Source: a virus
Direction: 5' to 3' (one strand)
Length of the DNA: 48,349 nt
IMG/VR virus record: IMGVR_UViG_3300037110_000132
In this document: one piece after another, positions 1-8,307 of the stretch
How positions within the stretch are numbered: the first letter of the stretch is position 1
Layout: each line of letters opens with the position of its first letter
Made by a program: the position numbers and the translations under genes
The notes under the pieces: model-generated
The model's database searches: none
Seen by the model: only the letters and a program-made list of their open reading frames with translations
Told to the model about the DNA's origin: nothing

Positions 1-58
1 TGGTAAGGTCGTCCCTGATGGGGACGTAAATGCGCGGGTTCGAGTCCCGCTCTTGAAG
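1..58 (+). tRNA. tRNA 3' portion (class II, long variable arm), truncated at window start
   Basis: Variable-arm hairpin cgtccc/gggacg, T-arm GCGGG-TTCGAGT-CCCGC and a 3' acceptor strand. The 5' half lies outside the window. Confidence 0.55.
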
Positions 59-62
59 GTAA

Positions 63-135
63 CTTCGGGATAGCTCAGGTGGTAGAGCCGTCGTGGACGT
101 TAAAATGTGGGTTCAAATCCTGCCTAGCGATCAAC
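63..135 (+). tRNA. tRNA-like element (identity unresolved)
   Basis: Canonical D-arm AGCTCAGGTGGTAGAGC and T-loop GGGTTCAAATCC. No clean acceptor or anticodon pairing could be found by eye. Confidence 0.25.
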
Positions 136-148
136 TTGTAGTACAAAT

Positions 149-235
149 GCCGACATTCCTGAGTGGTTAAAGGGGTCTGCCTGTAAAGCAGATGAGTCAT
201 ACTCTTCGGGGGTTCGAATCCCTCTGGCGGCACCA
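149..235 (+). tRNA. tRNA-Tyr (GTA), long variable arm, CCA encoded
   Basis: Anticodon stem tctgc/gcaga with loop ctGTAaa. T-arm GGGGG-TTCGAAT-CCCTC, then acceptor 3' strand and CCA. Confidence 0.7.
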
Positions 236-240
236 ATTTT

Positions 241-330
241 GGAAGGTTGGCCGAGTGGTCTATGGCGCTAGTCTTGAAAACTAGTTGGGCGGTAACGCCT
301 ACGAGAGTTCGAATCTCTCATCTTCCGCCA
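241..330 (+). tRNA. tRNA-Ser (TGA), CCA encoded
   Basis: Acceptor ggaaggt/atcttcc. Anticodon stem ctagt/actag with loop ctTGAaa. Variable arm ttgggcggtaacgcctac. T-arm gagag-ttcgaat-ctctc. Confidence 0.8.
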
Positions 331-342
331 ATCGAAACTGAG

Positions 343-351
343 TGTTATAAT
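343..351 (+). promoter_or_regulatory. Extended -10 promoter element TGtTATAAT
   Basis: gagTGtTATAAT lies immediately after the tRNA-Ser 3' end, about 20 nt upstream of the AGAGGG Shine-Dalgarno and the ATG at 371. Confidence 0.45.
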
Positions 352-370
352 AATCAAAGAGGGTTCTAAG

Positions 371-1018
371 ATGAAACTACATTTAACAGCGTCTGTCAAA
401 GTTCAAGCTGGTTTCTCAAAAGAGCAGATTGATTACACGAATTCGTTCGCGGAACACAAGGGAGCAGAATTCAACTACGACGACCCAAAGCTTCTGTGGG
501 GAGGAAGCCGTTATTACATTTTGAAGACTCCGATCAAGAGCAAGAAATATGGTCTGACTAGATTTGTATTTGACACTGGATTTGGTGGACGAAAAGTATC
601 CCCAACTGGCCAGATGTCTGGTGATGGGACAATGGATGTACATCCCGCGAAAGAAGCTTACGGAGAGTTTGATAGAGATCAAACTCTAACTATAGAAGAT
701 GAAACCTGCAAGAGTCTCCCGATTCGTCACACCTACCACGCACCCCAGGATCTGTCCCCATACAAGAAGCCTTATTCTGGTCCTAAGCTTTTAAAGGCTA
801 AACTAGAGATTTGTGAAGCCAACACTGATGCATATGCCGCTACACTATACTTTCCCCTAGGGACTACTGCGAATCAGGCAAAACATTACCTCGTTAGTGT
901 AGACGGAAATCTCGGCTTGGAATTGGGTGTTGACATTGACGATGTGTTTTTCAGCGTAAAACAAACCAAGAAGCAACCAAAGAATTCAGTAAGATTCCAG
1001 GCTGATCCTTCGGTATAA
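371..1018 (+). CDS. Hypothetical protein carrying the conserved N-terminal leader (MKLHLTASVKVQ)
   Basis: 215-aa ORF with Shine-Dalgarno agaggg. Its N-terminus matches the M-K-L-x-L-K/T-A-x-I/V-K motif shared by about 10 proteins in the window. Confidence 0.65.
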   Translation: MKLHLTASVKVQAGFSKEQIDYTNSFAEHKGAEFNYDDPKLLWGGSRYYILKTPIKSKKYGLTRFVFDTGFGGRKVSPTGQMSGDGTMDVHPAKEAYGEFDRDQTLTIEDETCKSLPIRHTYHAPQDLSPYKKPYSGPKLLKAKLEICEANTDAYAATLYFPLGTTANQAKHYLVSVDGNLGLELGVDIDDVFFSVKQTKKQPKNSVRFQADPSV

Positions 1019-1024
1019 TCCAGA

Positions 1025-1099
1025 GCGATCGTAATTCAGTGGTAGAATGTCTGCTTGCCATGCAGAATGTCGTCGGTTCAAGCCCGATCGATCGCTCCA
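1025..1099 (+). tRNA. tRNA-Gly (GCC)
   Basis: Acceptor gcgatcg/cgatcgc. Anticodon stem tctgc/gcaga with loop ttGCCat. T-arm with ttcaagc loop. CCA encoded. Confidence 0.8.
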
Positions 1100-1116
1100 A
1101 TAAATATATTTTCCAT

Positions 1117-1192
1117 AGATCCGTAGCTAAGTGGTTAAAGCGCATGGTTTTCATCCATGTTAACGCCGGTTCGATCCCGGTCGGGTCTACCA
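1117..1192 (+). tRNA. tRNA-Glu (TTC)
   Basis: Acceptor agatccg/cgggtct (one GU pair). Anticodon stem catgg/ccatg with loop ttTTCat. T-arm gccgg-ttcgatc-ccggt. CCA encoded. Confidence 0.75.
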
Positions 1193-1337
1193 GATTCATA
1201 GAGACATAGTGAGCCAGTAAAGTCCTGCAGCGCACCGGCTGGTCCAGTACGATGGAAAGGTGCCCCATCCCACTATGTCGTTTCCAAGTAGGCGCTGGAG
1301 CTATGAATCCAATCACTGGCAAATCCAGGCGTTCCAA

Positions 1338-1366
1338 TTGCAGGACCGGCAGGTCCGTGGTAAGAT
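1338..1366 (+). promoter_or_regulatory. Sigma70-like promoter TTGCAG-17-TAAGAT with an embedded inverted repeat
   Basis: TTGCAG at 1338-1343, a 17-nt spacer containing the palindrome ggaccggcaggtcc, then TAAGAT at 1361-1366. A gaggt Shine-Dalgarno and the ATG at 1384 follow. Confidence 0.4.
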
Positions 1367-1383
1367 GGGATTTGAGGTAGAAA

Positions 1384-1950
1384 ATGAAGCTGTCTCTTAA
1401 TGCGCATATCAAGAAATCTGAGCGGGATGGGGTTATTCCACAGAAACCAGCGAAAGAAGTTCTTGAGGCGTTAAAGAACTATGTTCTCGTTCCCCCTCCG
1501 TTGAGTCTTGATGAGAAGCTTGAACAATGGAATTGTTGGAATGGAAATCATCTAACAAGGGAAGATGTTCTTGAATTAATTGCCCGGTTCCCTTATCATG
1601 GCGTATTATATCGGGGTCTCACCTTTACATCTCGATCTGATTATGAGACATTCTTGGATGTCATTAAAATGGAGGGATTTGAAGACTATCGTGCGTCCTC
1701 ATGGACCACCGATCTTGAGGTAGCGAGGACTTTTGCAACAGGGAAGCAAACCACCAGAAGGGGTCGATATGGTGTGGTGTTGAAACACGAGGGTGAAGCG
1801 GCTGATTTTAGTGCTTATGCCCAGCAACAACACATTTTTCATAAGAATAAAGCCGAGCAGGAGAAGGAAATGATCGTCGCTCCTGGCAAAATCGATGCAA
1901 AGGTCATTGAGTGGTATGTTAAAACAAAACAAGGCTGGATAGCTCAGTAG
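1384..1950 (+). CDS. Putative ADP-ribosyltransferase (R-S-E type) with the conserved N-terminal leader MKLSLNAHIKK
   Basis: Three catalytic motifs in canonical order: LYRGLTF (Arg), ASSWTTDLEVARTFA (STS-like) and EQEKEM (Q/E-x-E). Confidence 0.6.
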   Translation: MKLSLNAHIKKSERDGVIPQKPAKEVLEALKNYVLVPPPLSLDEKLEQWNCWNGNHLTREDVLELIARFPYHGVLYRGLTFTSRSDYETFLDVIKMEGFEDYRASSWTTDLEVARTFATGKQTTRRGRYGVVLKHEGEAADFSAYAQQQHIFHKNKAEQEKEMIVAPGKIDAKVIEWYVKTKQGWIAQ

Positions 1951-2009
1951 CGAAGAGCGCTGCTCTCATAAGGCAGAGGTCGTGAGTTCGATTCTCACTC
2001 CAGCCACCA
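1933..2009 (+). tRNA. tRNA-Met/Ile2 (CAT), elongator type
   Basis: Acceptor ggctgga/tccagcc with G1-C72 paired. Anticodon loop ctCATaa. T-arm gtgag-ttcgatt-ctcac. CCA encoded. It overlaps the last codons of the upstream ORF. Confidence 0.8.
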
Positions 2010-2147
2010 ATGAGGTAGTTAATGCCGATGGGAAAGATACTCTGGACGTTCGGGCCTGGGATATCTCGTCAAACATTGGAGAACTGGGCCGAATACCTGG
2101 GCTTCCTCGCCAGATCAAGTTGTGATATCCTAGGATAGAGGAATCCG

Positions 2148-2918
2148 ATGGAACTGAGACTGAAAGCATATATAGACAGTGACTGGCGTCGGAAATTTGA
2201 GAGTATTAAAGATTTCGTGAGGTCGTTTCACCGTCTACCTCCCAGAAGTTCTAAATTAGGTGAATTCATTTTTGTTCACGCTAATCCAGAATTTAAGGAA
2301 CAATTTATACCAGAAGTGAAAAAATGGATGGACGAACAAAATCTGGATTTACGAGATTTTGCTACTCCGGCTAAGAGAAAGGAAATGAGGGGAGAAGAGA
2401 AGAAAGTAAGAGAAGAGAAGAAAGCCAAAGAGAGAGTGATCAGAGAGAAGACTTTGGCAGAGAATCGGAAATTTAAAGAAGAAAGACTGAAAGAGAAAAT
2501 TACAGATGATAGAAAACAGAAAAGAATGAACAGAATTGATCGTATAAATAAATGTTTTAAATTCCTCAAATTGTATTGTGAGGGCAAAGATGCTCAAGAG
2601 ATTGCTACTGAAACTGGGATGAGTCTCGGTTACACTGGTATGGCTATTCGTGAAGCGAGAAAGTTGCTAGAGCAAGGGTATTTCACAGATTTTGCAGAGG
2701 ACCTGAGTTCTGATGGAGATATTTCCAGAACCCTTCTTAAATGTTGTTCGGGCAAAAAAATTACAGTAGATGATGCAAAACTAATTCTCAGAAAGAATAA
2801 CGAACTCCCCTGGCTGACAAGGGACATGGTGAAATGTAATCTAGACTGGCTGGGGGTTGAGGGTCTTGTATCCAAAACCGGGGATTGGAGGGAAGGTTGG
2901 ATATACCAATTCATCTAG
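2148..2918 (+). CDS. Hypothetical protein: leader-like N-terminus (MELRLKAYID), a highly charged K/E/R-rich central region and a C-terminal HTH-like segment
   Basis: 256-aa ORF. The K/E/R-rich central region is coiled-coil-like and low in complexity. The segment DAQEIATETGMSLGYTGMAIREARKLL resembles sigma-70 region 4 or a LuxR-type HTH. Confidence 0.55.
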   Translation: MELRLKAYIDSDWRRKFESIKDFVRSFHRLPPRSSKLGEFIFVHANPEFKEQFIPEVKKWMDEQNLDLRDFATPAKRKEMRGEEKKVREEKKAKERVIREKTLAENRKFKEERLKEKITDDRKQKRMNRIDRINKCFKFLKLYCEGKDAQEIATETGMSLGYTGMAIREARKLLEQGYFTDFAEDLSSDGDISRTLLKCCSGKKITVDDAKLILRKNNELPWLTRDMVKCNLDWLGVEGLVSKTGDWREGWIYQFI

Positions 2919-2944
2919 CATGATATCCTAGAGGGAAGGGTGCC

Positions 2945-3301
2945 ATGCTTACCAAGAAGATCAGATATCAGGGTGATTCACTTACGGCTGTCTGCGATGA
3001 GAAGTGCAATAAAGCCTGGGGAAACAATCTAAGGCCAGAGATCATACTATCAGATGACCTTGATGATTATGCCTATCTGGCCGATACGGAGCTTGGTGAT
3101 GCTCCGATTGATCCCGGAACTCGTGTGGGGAAAGTGGCGAAGCCTCTTGAACCCTATGACCGAATGAATAAGTGGTGCATCGGTGAATGCGAACGTTGTA
3201 AGCTCTTTGAGAAAGGCGCTGAGATCGAATTGGACGATTTCAATCAAAGATTCTATAACTACGAGCCACATTATAGGGATCAAGATGAAATTAAACTTTA
3301 A
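2945..3301 (+). CDS. Hypothetical Cys-rich small protein
   Basis: 118-aa ORF. It is preceded by gatatcctagagggaagggtgcc, which shares a GATATCCTAG motif with the sequence upstream of 2148. Confidence 0.5.
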   Translation: MLTKKIRYQGDSLTAVCDEKCNKAWGNNLRPEIILSDDLDDYAYLADTELGDAPIDPGTRVGKVAKPLEPYDRMNKWCIGECERCKLFEKGAEIELDDFNQRFYNYEPHYRDQDEIKL

Positions 3302-3725
3302 AGCAAAAATCGCTGGAGGACGGAAGATAAGGTTGGCTCCCTCTGCAATGTTATATCATGGGGGTCCCAAGGTTCCAACGCTGGAGTTGTATCAACCCTC
3401 ATTTTGGACCGACGATTATGAAGCTGCCGAGACTTACAAACCAAAGGGCGGGAAAATCCACATTGCCCAATTGCTAATTCACAACGCCGCTGATCGTTCA
3501 GCTGTTGATGAAGCGTTGGTAGCTATTGGATTAGACCCAATGTTGTATGATTTCCCATTAGATGGAAACGAAAACTTCAAACATCAGGGAGAGCTTGTGG
3601 CTGAACTGAAGCGACGGGGATTCGATGGTGCTGTTATCGAGGATATTGACCTGAATCAGAATGACATCGAGACATGGTGTGTCTTTGATGCTGACCAGAT
3701 TATTCCTCATGGATACGCAGGGTAG
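3285..3725 (+). CDS. ART-like protein with the N-terminal leader MKLNFKAKIAGG (His replaces the Arg of the R-S-E triad)
   Basis: Internal ATG at 3285 within ORF 3183-3725. Motifs LYHGG, SFWTDDYEAAETY and QGE parallel the ART paralogs at 1384, 12522 and 30980. Confidence 0.4.
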   Translation: MKLNFKAKIAGGRKIRLAPSAMLYHGGPKVPTLELYQPSFWTDDYEAAETYKPKGGKIHIAQLLIHNAADRSAVDEALVAIGLDPMLYDFPLDGNENFKHQGELVAELKRRGFDGAVIEDIDLNQNDIETWCVFDADQIIPHGYAG

Positions 3726-3823
3726 CTTTAAGTAGAACACCGGGAATCATCGCCCGGAGATGAGGGTCAGTGATCTGATCGAGTCCCTCCCCTGCCACCA
3801 ATCTACGCGTGTTCCTGTTCGAC

Positions 3824-4438
3824 TCAGGACGCATGCACCAATCTTTGATCTACAATTCTTTTTATAATTTCCAGATACTTGATATCTTTCTTCGGGCTAA
3901 AGAATTTGCTACCGCTAGTGTCAATTGTGCAAAATTCTATTCCCCTTTCTAAACACGCCTGGAATTTCCGCTGGTCGTTATTCTGAATACCATTCAATTT
4001 GTATTGACCATGAATTGGCTCATAATGGAAAATGCCGTTCAATTCGAAGGCCAGTTTCAATGATGGGACGTAGACATCCAATTCTGAATTGATGGTGTCC
4101 TTGCGATTGAAATGGAACTCAAGTAATGGATATGTCAAAACTAATTGCTCTCCGATCCAGGCTTCTAGTTTTGAACGAGTCGTCCCATGAAGCTTATGTG
4201 CATTACTATACCTTACACTACAGGATAAAGAACAGAAAGCTTTACCCGATTTTGAGTTCTTCATCTCATAAGGTTTCTTTCTTGTCTCTTGTCCACAAAA
4301 ACCACAGGGGATAAAGGTTTTCTGTGTTCTACTTTTGTTAAAGCAATCATAGTTGCAGTAGCATTTCTCCCCTTCTCGAAAGTTCTTCTCATCTCTGTCG
4401 AAACTTTTGCCACAATATTCACAAACTAGTGTTATCAT
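3824..4438 (-). CDS. Putative homing endonuclease: N-terminal zinc-ribbons plus a Vsr/DUF559-like restriction-endonuclease-fold domain
   Basis: CxxC pairs CEYCG, CYCNYDC, CGFCG. ELDVYVPSLKLAFELNG matches the Vsr/DUF559 catalytic core. Minus strand in a + strand context. Confidence 0.55.
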   Translation of the reverse strand: MITLVCEYCGKSFDRDEKNFREGEKCYCNYDCFNKSRTQKTFIPCGFCGQETRKKPYEMKNSKSGKAFCSLSCSVRYSNAHKLHGTTRSKLEAWIGEQLVLTYPLLEFHFNRKDTINSELDVYVPSLKLAFELNGIFHYEPIHGQYKLNGIQNNDQRKFQACLERGIEFCTIDTSGSKFFSPKKDIKYLEIIKRIVDQRLVHAS

Positions 4439-4617
4439 ACTTTAGGATAACACTAATCAACAGAACTGATCTCGGAATGTTAATTCCGCTGATTTCAGTG
4501 TTGAGTAAATTCAAGGTGTTTCCTAGGGGTGCGCACCCCAAAGAGGCTTTATAGGAGTGATCCTAAATTGAAAGCTTTCATAACCTGTAATCGGTTGAGT
4601 TGGGCTACACCAACTTT

Positions 4618-4686
4618 GCAAGCATAACTCAGTTGGCAGAGTATCGCCGCAAGCGGAAGCCACAGGTTCGAATCCTGTTGTTTGCA
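4618..4686 (+). tRNA. tRNA-like gene with an aberrant, shortened anticodon arm
   Basis: Acceptor gcaagca/tgtttgc, D-arm ACTCAGTTGGCAGAGT and T-arm acagg-ttcgaat-cctgt are all good. Only 19 nt separate the D- and T-arms; they form a ccg-CAAG-cgg mini-hairpin instead of a 7-nt anticodon loop. Confidence 0.4.
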
Positions 4687-4692
4687 AAAATT

Positions 4693-4767
4693 GCGCATGT
4701 GACCCGAGTGGTTAGGGGCAGGGCTGCAAACCCTGTGACGCTGGTTCGAATCCGGTCATGCGCTCCA
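4693..4767 (+). tRNA. tRNA-Cys (GCA)
   Basis: Acceptor gcgcatg/catgcgc. Anticodon stem caggg/ccctg with loop ctGCAaa. T-arm gctgg-ttcgaat-ccggt. CCA encoded. Confidence 0.8.
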
Positions 4768-4776
4768 TGTTAGAAT
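4768..4776 (+). promoter_or_regulatory. Extended -10 element aTGtTAGAATaa
   Basis: ATGTTAGAATAA directly follows the tRNA-Cys 3' end. The identical 12-mer recurs at 20903 upstream of tRNA-Ala. An AAGAGG Shine-Dalgarno and the ATG at 4792 follow. Confidence 0.45.
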
Positions 4777-4791
4777 AACAAAGAGGTTCTC

Positions 4792-5082
4792 ATGAAAATC
4801 ATCCTACAAGCTACTGTGAAGACAGCCAACTTCGATGCCAACACGGAATGGCAAATTTCCATCACAAGAGATGATGGCCAAATGCCCACAAGACAAGAAT
4901 GCGAAGCGGTGTGTACAGCTGCTGGTGCTACCCTCGTCAGATACGATCCTGAAGGAGATGGAGAAGGCGTTACTAGCGCGAAGATTGGACCACAAATCGC
5001 GAGAATTAAGCAAGTTGCTGGTTATGTTAAAGGTGTCAAACTTCATGGGACCAAATATTACCTTGAGTTCATGGGAAGATAG
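4792..5082 (+). CDS. Hypothetical small protein with a leader-like N-terminus (MKIILQATVKTANF)
   Basis: 96-aa ORF with Shine-Dalgarno aagagg. Confidence 0.55.
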   Translation: MKIILQATVKTANFDANTEWQISITRDDGQMPTRQECEAVCTAAGATLVRYDPEGDGEGVTSAKIGPQIARIKQVAGYVKGVKLHGTKYYLEFMGR

Positions 5083-5108
5083 AAGGGGTGAGAGATTACC
5101 TCCATTAT

Positions 5109-5183
5109 GGGACTAGGTGCCGCAAGGCATCCACACGGCAAAGGGGTCATGTCCAAGCTTCGGTTCGAATCCGAGTAGTCCCC
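5109..5183 (+). tRNA. tRNA-like gene (perfect 7-bp acceptor and T-arm, non-canonical core)
   Basis: Acceptor gggacta/tagtccc is perfect. T-arm ttcgg-ttcgaat-ccgag. The D-region is a gcc-GCAA-ggc tetraloop hairpin, and no standard anticodon arm could be placed. Confidence 0.35.
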
Positions 5184-5419
5184 CATTTGTATAAACAGTC
5201 TATATGTTATTTCTCTTAATCGCGCATAGACGATCGTAAGAGAAGTTGCGCGAGGGCCAAAGAACTGAGCAATTCACGTCCGGTTGCTCTTCCGACTGGG
5301 GTCAGGTAGATAGTGGATCTGGCACTCACGATCGAGGCAAAAGCGGGTGCTGGAGGAATCTGGCACCCGTTCCTATGTTCAATCGCTCAAGGGTTATTAT
5401 AGGTAGAAAGCGAGGAACA

Positions 5420-5743
5420 ATGGACGTCGAATCAGTCAGGAATTCTCTCCCCAAAGGAACGATTCTCGTTGAACTCACTGAACCAATGAAGGGACTGAAG
5501 GTCGGAAAGAAATCAGTACGATTCGGACCTCAGTCTTTCTCCATGTTGGGCAAGTTAATCACTGCCATTCATGTGCTTAAGGAAGCAGTGAGGAAGCAGG
5601 TCCCGGATCAGGAACCCCAGGTTCTGGTGGCGCTCTATGAGGACCGGACCTGGATTTATGCTTGTCCTGCTGAAACTGAGATCATGGTCGCCCTGGACGA
5701 TAGAAACTACCAGCTGAGTGAGCTTAATACCACGGTGATCTAA
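5420..5743 (+). CDS. Hypothetical protein (start uncertain; the longer ORF begins at 5246)
   Basis: ATG at 5420 is preceded by gcgaggaaca. The N-terminal extension of ORF 5246 is low-complexity and looks non-coding. Confidence 0.45.
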   Translation: MDVESVRNSLPKGTILVELTEPMKGLKVGKKSVRFGPQSFSMLGKLITAIHVLKEAVRKQVPDQEPQVLVALYEDRTWIYACPAETEIMVALDDRNYQLSELNTTVI

Positions 5744-5789
5744 ATGGCGATAAGTTTGAACAATTAATCAAAGCTAGGAGAGGTATCCT

Positions 5790-6071
5790 ATGATCCTTAG
5801 CGCAATCCACAAGCATTTCGAAGCACAGAAAGGAAAACCGGTCACTGTCAAAACCCAAGGTAATAGATTCATTGCTAACTGTCCCAACCCTAGACATGAG
5901 GATAAAAATCCTAGTTGTGTTGGGAGTTTGATCACCGGTCAGTATAAATGCCTTGAATGCGGGGAAACTGGGGTTGTGGATTTTGATACCATTGATTACA
6001 CTCCGCTCACTCCAACTAGGATAGTGACTCTTTCAGCCTACAAACCAGATGAAATATCATCAGAGGCATGA
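5790..6071 (+). CDS. Hypothetical zinc-ribbon protein
   Basis: 93-aa ORF with Shine-Dalgarno aggagagg. Cys pairs CPNPRH...C and CLECGETG. Confidence 0.55.
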   Translation: MILSAIHKHFEAQKGKPVTVKTQGNRFIANCPNPRHEDKNPSCVGSLITGQYKCLECGETGVVDFDTIDYTPLTPTRIVTLSAYKPDEISSEA

Positions 6072-6094
6072 GAAAATAAAGGCTGAGGATCGGC

Positions 6095-6664
6095 ATGAAG
6101 CTAAGATTCATCGCAACTACAGCCAAAATTTTTCTCTACTACCCGACCAAGCATCCTGAAATTGTGCTGGCCAGCGGATTTGATCTACAAAAGGAAAAGA
6201 CTTTTCTTGCCAACAGTTATTGTGTCCACGCATTCTCCTCAGTAGCCGCACTGCGTAAATATCATCGCAGTCCCTTTGTCAGAATTATTAAGTTCATCTT
6301 TGATGGTAATTTCGAGGATCCCTGGAAGGCGGAAGATTTGGTCAAACCATTCCATCCTAGGACTCCGGAAGCCTACGCTGAGATCGTACTAGATGGTGGG
6401 ATAGATGCAGTAGTCCATGGTCCTGGTGGGTTGAAGGGTGACAGAGAGTTTGATGTCTTTAAACTCTCTTGCATCAGCAATATTGAGCTAGTACCAAGTG
6501 AACCAATCAGAGGGAAGATCATCAACCCTCTTAGTGGATTGGAAGAAGGTCAGGAAGTGGTTATCCTGACTGAAGAAGGCAAGTACTACATGATCCAACC
6601 TCCTGCGGGAGTGAGGATGAACAAGCCAATCAAAATGCCAAAAGTAAACGTGACCTTGCTGTAA
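6095..6664 (+). CDS. Hypothetical protein with a leader-like N-terminus (MKLRFIATTAKIF)
   Basis: 189-aa ORF. Confidence 0.55.
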   Translation: MKLRFIATTAKIFLYYPTKHPEIVLASGFDLQKEKTFLANSYCVHAFSSVAALRKYHRSPFVRIIKFIFDGNFEDPWKAEDLVKPFHPRTPEAYAEIVLDGGIDAVVHGPGGLKGDREFDVFKLSCISNIELVPSEPIRGKIINPLSGLEEGQEVVILTEEGKYYMIQPPAGVRMNKPIKMPKVNVTLL

Positions 6665-6689
6665 GGTTATTGACTTGAAGGAGTAAGAA

Positions 6690-6869
6690 ATGCAGACAGA
6701 GCAGGTTCCACCTTCCGAAGTTCCCCAGGGCCTCCCCCTCAATCTCAAGAAAGGTCCTGCCAAGCCTCCTCGTGGTCCAAATAATTACACCCAGGAAAGG
6801 GAACGAAAGGCGAAACAGACACAGCATCTGAACAATAAGCCTCCTTTGGTTCCTAGGAAGGCTAAGTAA
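6690..6869 (+). CDS. Small basic Pro/Lys-rich protein (59 aa)
   Basis: Shine-Dalgarno gaaggag upstream of the ATG at 6690. Falls below the ORF-track threshold. Sequence MQTEQVPPSEVPQGLPLNLKKGPAKPPRG... Confidence 0.35.
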   Translation: MQTEQVPPSEVPQGLPLNLKKGPAKPPRGPNNYTQERERKAKQTQHLNNKPPLVPRKAK

Positions 6870-6874
6870 ATAGA

Positions 6875-6949
6875 TCTCTCGTAGCTCAGTGGCAGAGCAA
6901 TCGGCTGTTAACCGATGGGTCGTCCGTTCAATCCGGACCGAGAGAGCCA
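6875..6949 (+). tRNA. tRNA-Asn (GTT)
   Basis: Acceptor tctctcg/cgagaga. Anticodon stem atcgg/ccgat with loop ctGTTaa. T-arm gtccg-ttcaatc-cggac. CCA encoded. Confidence 0.85.
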
Positions 6950-6954
6950 ATTAG

Positions 6955-6963
6955 TGTTATCAT
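6955..6963 (+). promoter_or_regulatory. Extended -10-like element TGtTATCAT after the tRNA-Asn 3' end
   Basis: ccaattagTGtTATCATtaggtaggagg. Same architecture as 343-351. Confidence 0.3.
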
Positions 6964-6978
6964 TAGGTAGGAGGATTT

Positions 6979-7359
6979 ATGTACTCAGTAACCAAGACCC
7001 CCTACGGCTTTCTGTTGTATTTCTCTGGAACAATCTCTTTGGTAGAGATCACTAGATGGTATAACCAACTGCAACCCCATTTGCAGCCATTATTGACCCC
7101 TAAACCCAAATTTGGAATTGTTGTCCATCGGGAAGGTCTTGCTCCAATGGCCGAAAATGTTAAAGTGATTTATATCAAAGGAATGACTGAATTCAGAACA
7201 GCCGGTATGCTTAGATCTGCCTTCTTGGTTGATACAATCACTGATAAAAACCTAGCCAGGGAGACTGCTGAACCCTGGGAGAGATATTTTGCCCTTGGTG
7301 ATCCTGGACATGAAGTTGCAATAATGGATTGGGTCACTAAGGGGATAGATCCTCATTGA
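6979..7359 (+). CDS. Hypothetical protein
   Basis: 126-aa ORF with Shine-Dalgarno aggtaggagg. Confidence 0.55.
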   Translation: MYSVTKTPYGFLLYFSGTISLVEITRWYNQLQPHLQPLLTPKPKFGIVVHREGLAPMAENVKVIYIKGMTEFRTAGMLRSAFLVDTITDKNLARETAEPWERYFALGDPGHEVAIMDWVTKGIDPH

Positions 7360-7375
7360 TTATAAGGAGACAGAA

Positions 7376-7615
7376 TTGTCACCACTCAGGAAATGGGCTT
7401 TAAGAATCGTTACCGGTCTTGCCATCTCACTGGTTGCGTTGTTTGAACTAGCAAGGCTCTTCTATCATAGTCGTGTTTGGTTTCCTGATTCTATTGCTCG
7501 AAAAGGACTAAAGTTAAGTGTATATTGGCCCTATAGCTCAGCGGTTAGAGCAAGCGGCTCATCGGGTTTGATGAACGTGTTTATTGAACTCCAGCATATA
7601 ATCGCTGGGTCCTAG
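7376..7615 (+). CDS. Possible small membrane protein (TTG start); doubtful because it overlaps the tRNA at 7526
   Basis: Strong Shine-Dalgarno taaggaga 6 nt upstream of the TTG. Hydrophobic N-terminal helix. The 3' third overlaps the intron-containing tRNA. Confidence 0.25.
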   Translation: MSPLRKWALRIVTGLAISLVALFELARLFYHSRVWFPDSIARKGLKLSVYWPYSSAVRASGSSGLMNVFIELQHIIAGS

Positions 7616-7638
7616 GTTCGAATCCTAGTAGGGCCACC
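7526..7638 (+). tRNA. tRNA-Met/Ile (CAT) interrupted by a 37-nt insertion in the anticodon loop
   Basis: Acceptor ggcccta/tagggcc. D-arm gctc-agcggttag-gagc. Anticodon stem agcgg/tcgct spans 44 nt. Mature loop ctC|ATaa is obtained if the insert sits between nt 34 and 35. Confidence 0.65.
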
Positions 7639-8170
7639 AATTGATAATCGAAAGAGGATTGTGAAGTTCACCATGACAATTGGTGCATAAAAGATCGCAT
7701 TTGGCCGCCTCCATGAGAAGATTTTCCCAAGAATGGAATGCACAGTTATTATTATCAAGTTCGAATTCTTTAGTGGTTGGATTTTTGTGATGAAAACTCA
7801 AAACCGAATAGTTCTTATGATATCCACAAGAAATGCATGCGGATCCTGCTGACATGATTAGCTCAATTCTTCTTTTTCTACCAAAAGCGATTTGAATTTT
7901 CCAACTTCTTGATCGAATATTATTGTTACATTCTCTACACCAAGGGTATACTCTACCATCCGCTTTGGTTGGGAATTTGTCGGTTGGCTTCTTCAGATGA
8001 CATTGCGGACAAACTTTTCCCTCCGAATAGTCTGTCTCGTAACGCAGACTCTTCCCACTCTTGAATGGAATACAATCAAGACAAGCTTTCCGATTTCCCA
8101 GATTTCTGGGTTTCCCATCCACAGTGATCCAACTAGGGAATTCTTTTCCACATTTTATGCAATTTTTCAT
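7625..8170 (-). CDS. HNH homing endonuclease
   Basis: Motif HHKNP...KEFELDNNNC...W..L..KCDLLCTNCHGELH, with N-terminal CxxC zinc fingers. Confidence 0.7.
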   Translation of the reverse strand: MKNCIKCGKEFPSWITVDGKPRNLGNRKACLDCIPFKSGKSLRYETDYSEGKVCPQCHLKKPTDKFPTKADGRVYPWCRECNNNIRSRSWKIQIAFGRKRRIELIMSAGSACISCGYHKNYSVLSFHHKNPTTKEFELDNNNCAFHSWENLLMEAAKCDLLCTNCHGELHNPLSIINWWPY

Positions 8171-8251
8171 CTTGGCCTCTGTTTCATTATAGCGTAGCAG
8201 TTAGGGTAACCTTTGTGGATGTGGGGTAAGCTACAGGTTGATTTCACATAA

Positions 8252-8281
8252 TTGACAAATGCTGGGATTTCGTGCTATACT
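8252..8281 (+). promoter_or_regulatory. Strong sigma70 promoter TTGACA-18-TGcTATACT
   Basis: -35 TTGACA at 8252-8257. Extended -10 cgTGcTATACT at 8276-8281. A gaaagg Shine-Dalgarno and the ATG at 8308 follow. Confidence 0.6.
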
Positions 8282-8307
8282 TTGGTTCGGTTTTGAAAGG
8301 AACCAAC

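Noticed and set aside
951-1412. Minus-strand 153-aa ORF spanning the tRNA-Gly/tRNA-Glu pair
   Set aside because: It overlaps two well-formed + strand tRNAs and the promoter. The translation is simply the antisense of tRNA sequence.
3813-3840. tRNA 3'-end-like fragment (cctg-ttcgact-cagg followed by an acceptor-like strand and ACCA), possibly an attachment-site remnant
   Set aside because: No upstream partner strands could be found, and the segment encodes the C-terminus of the minus-strand endonuclease gene. This is probably chance resemblance.
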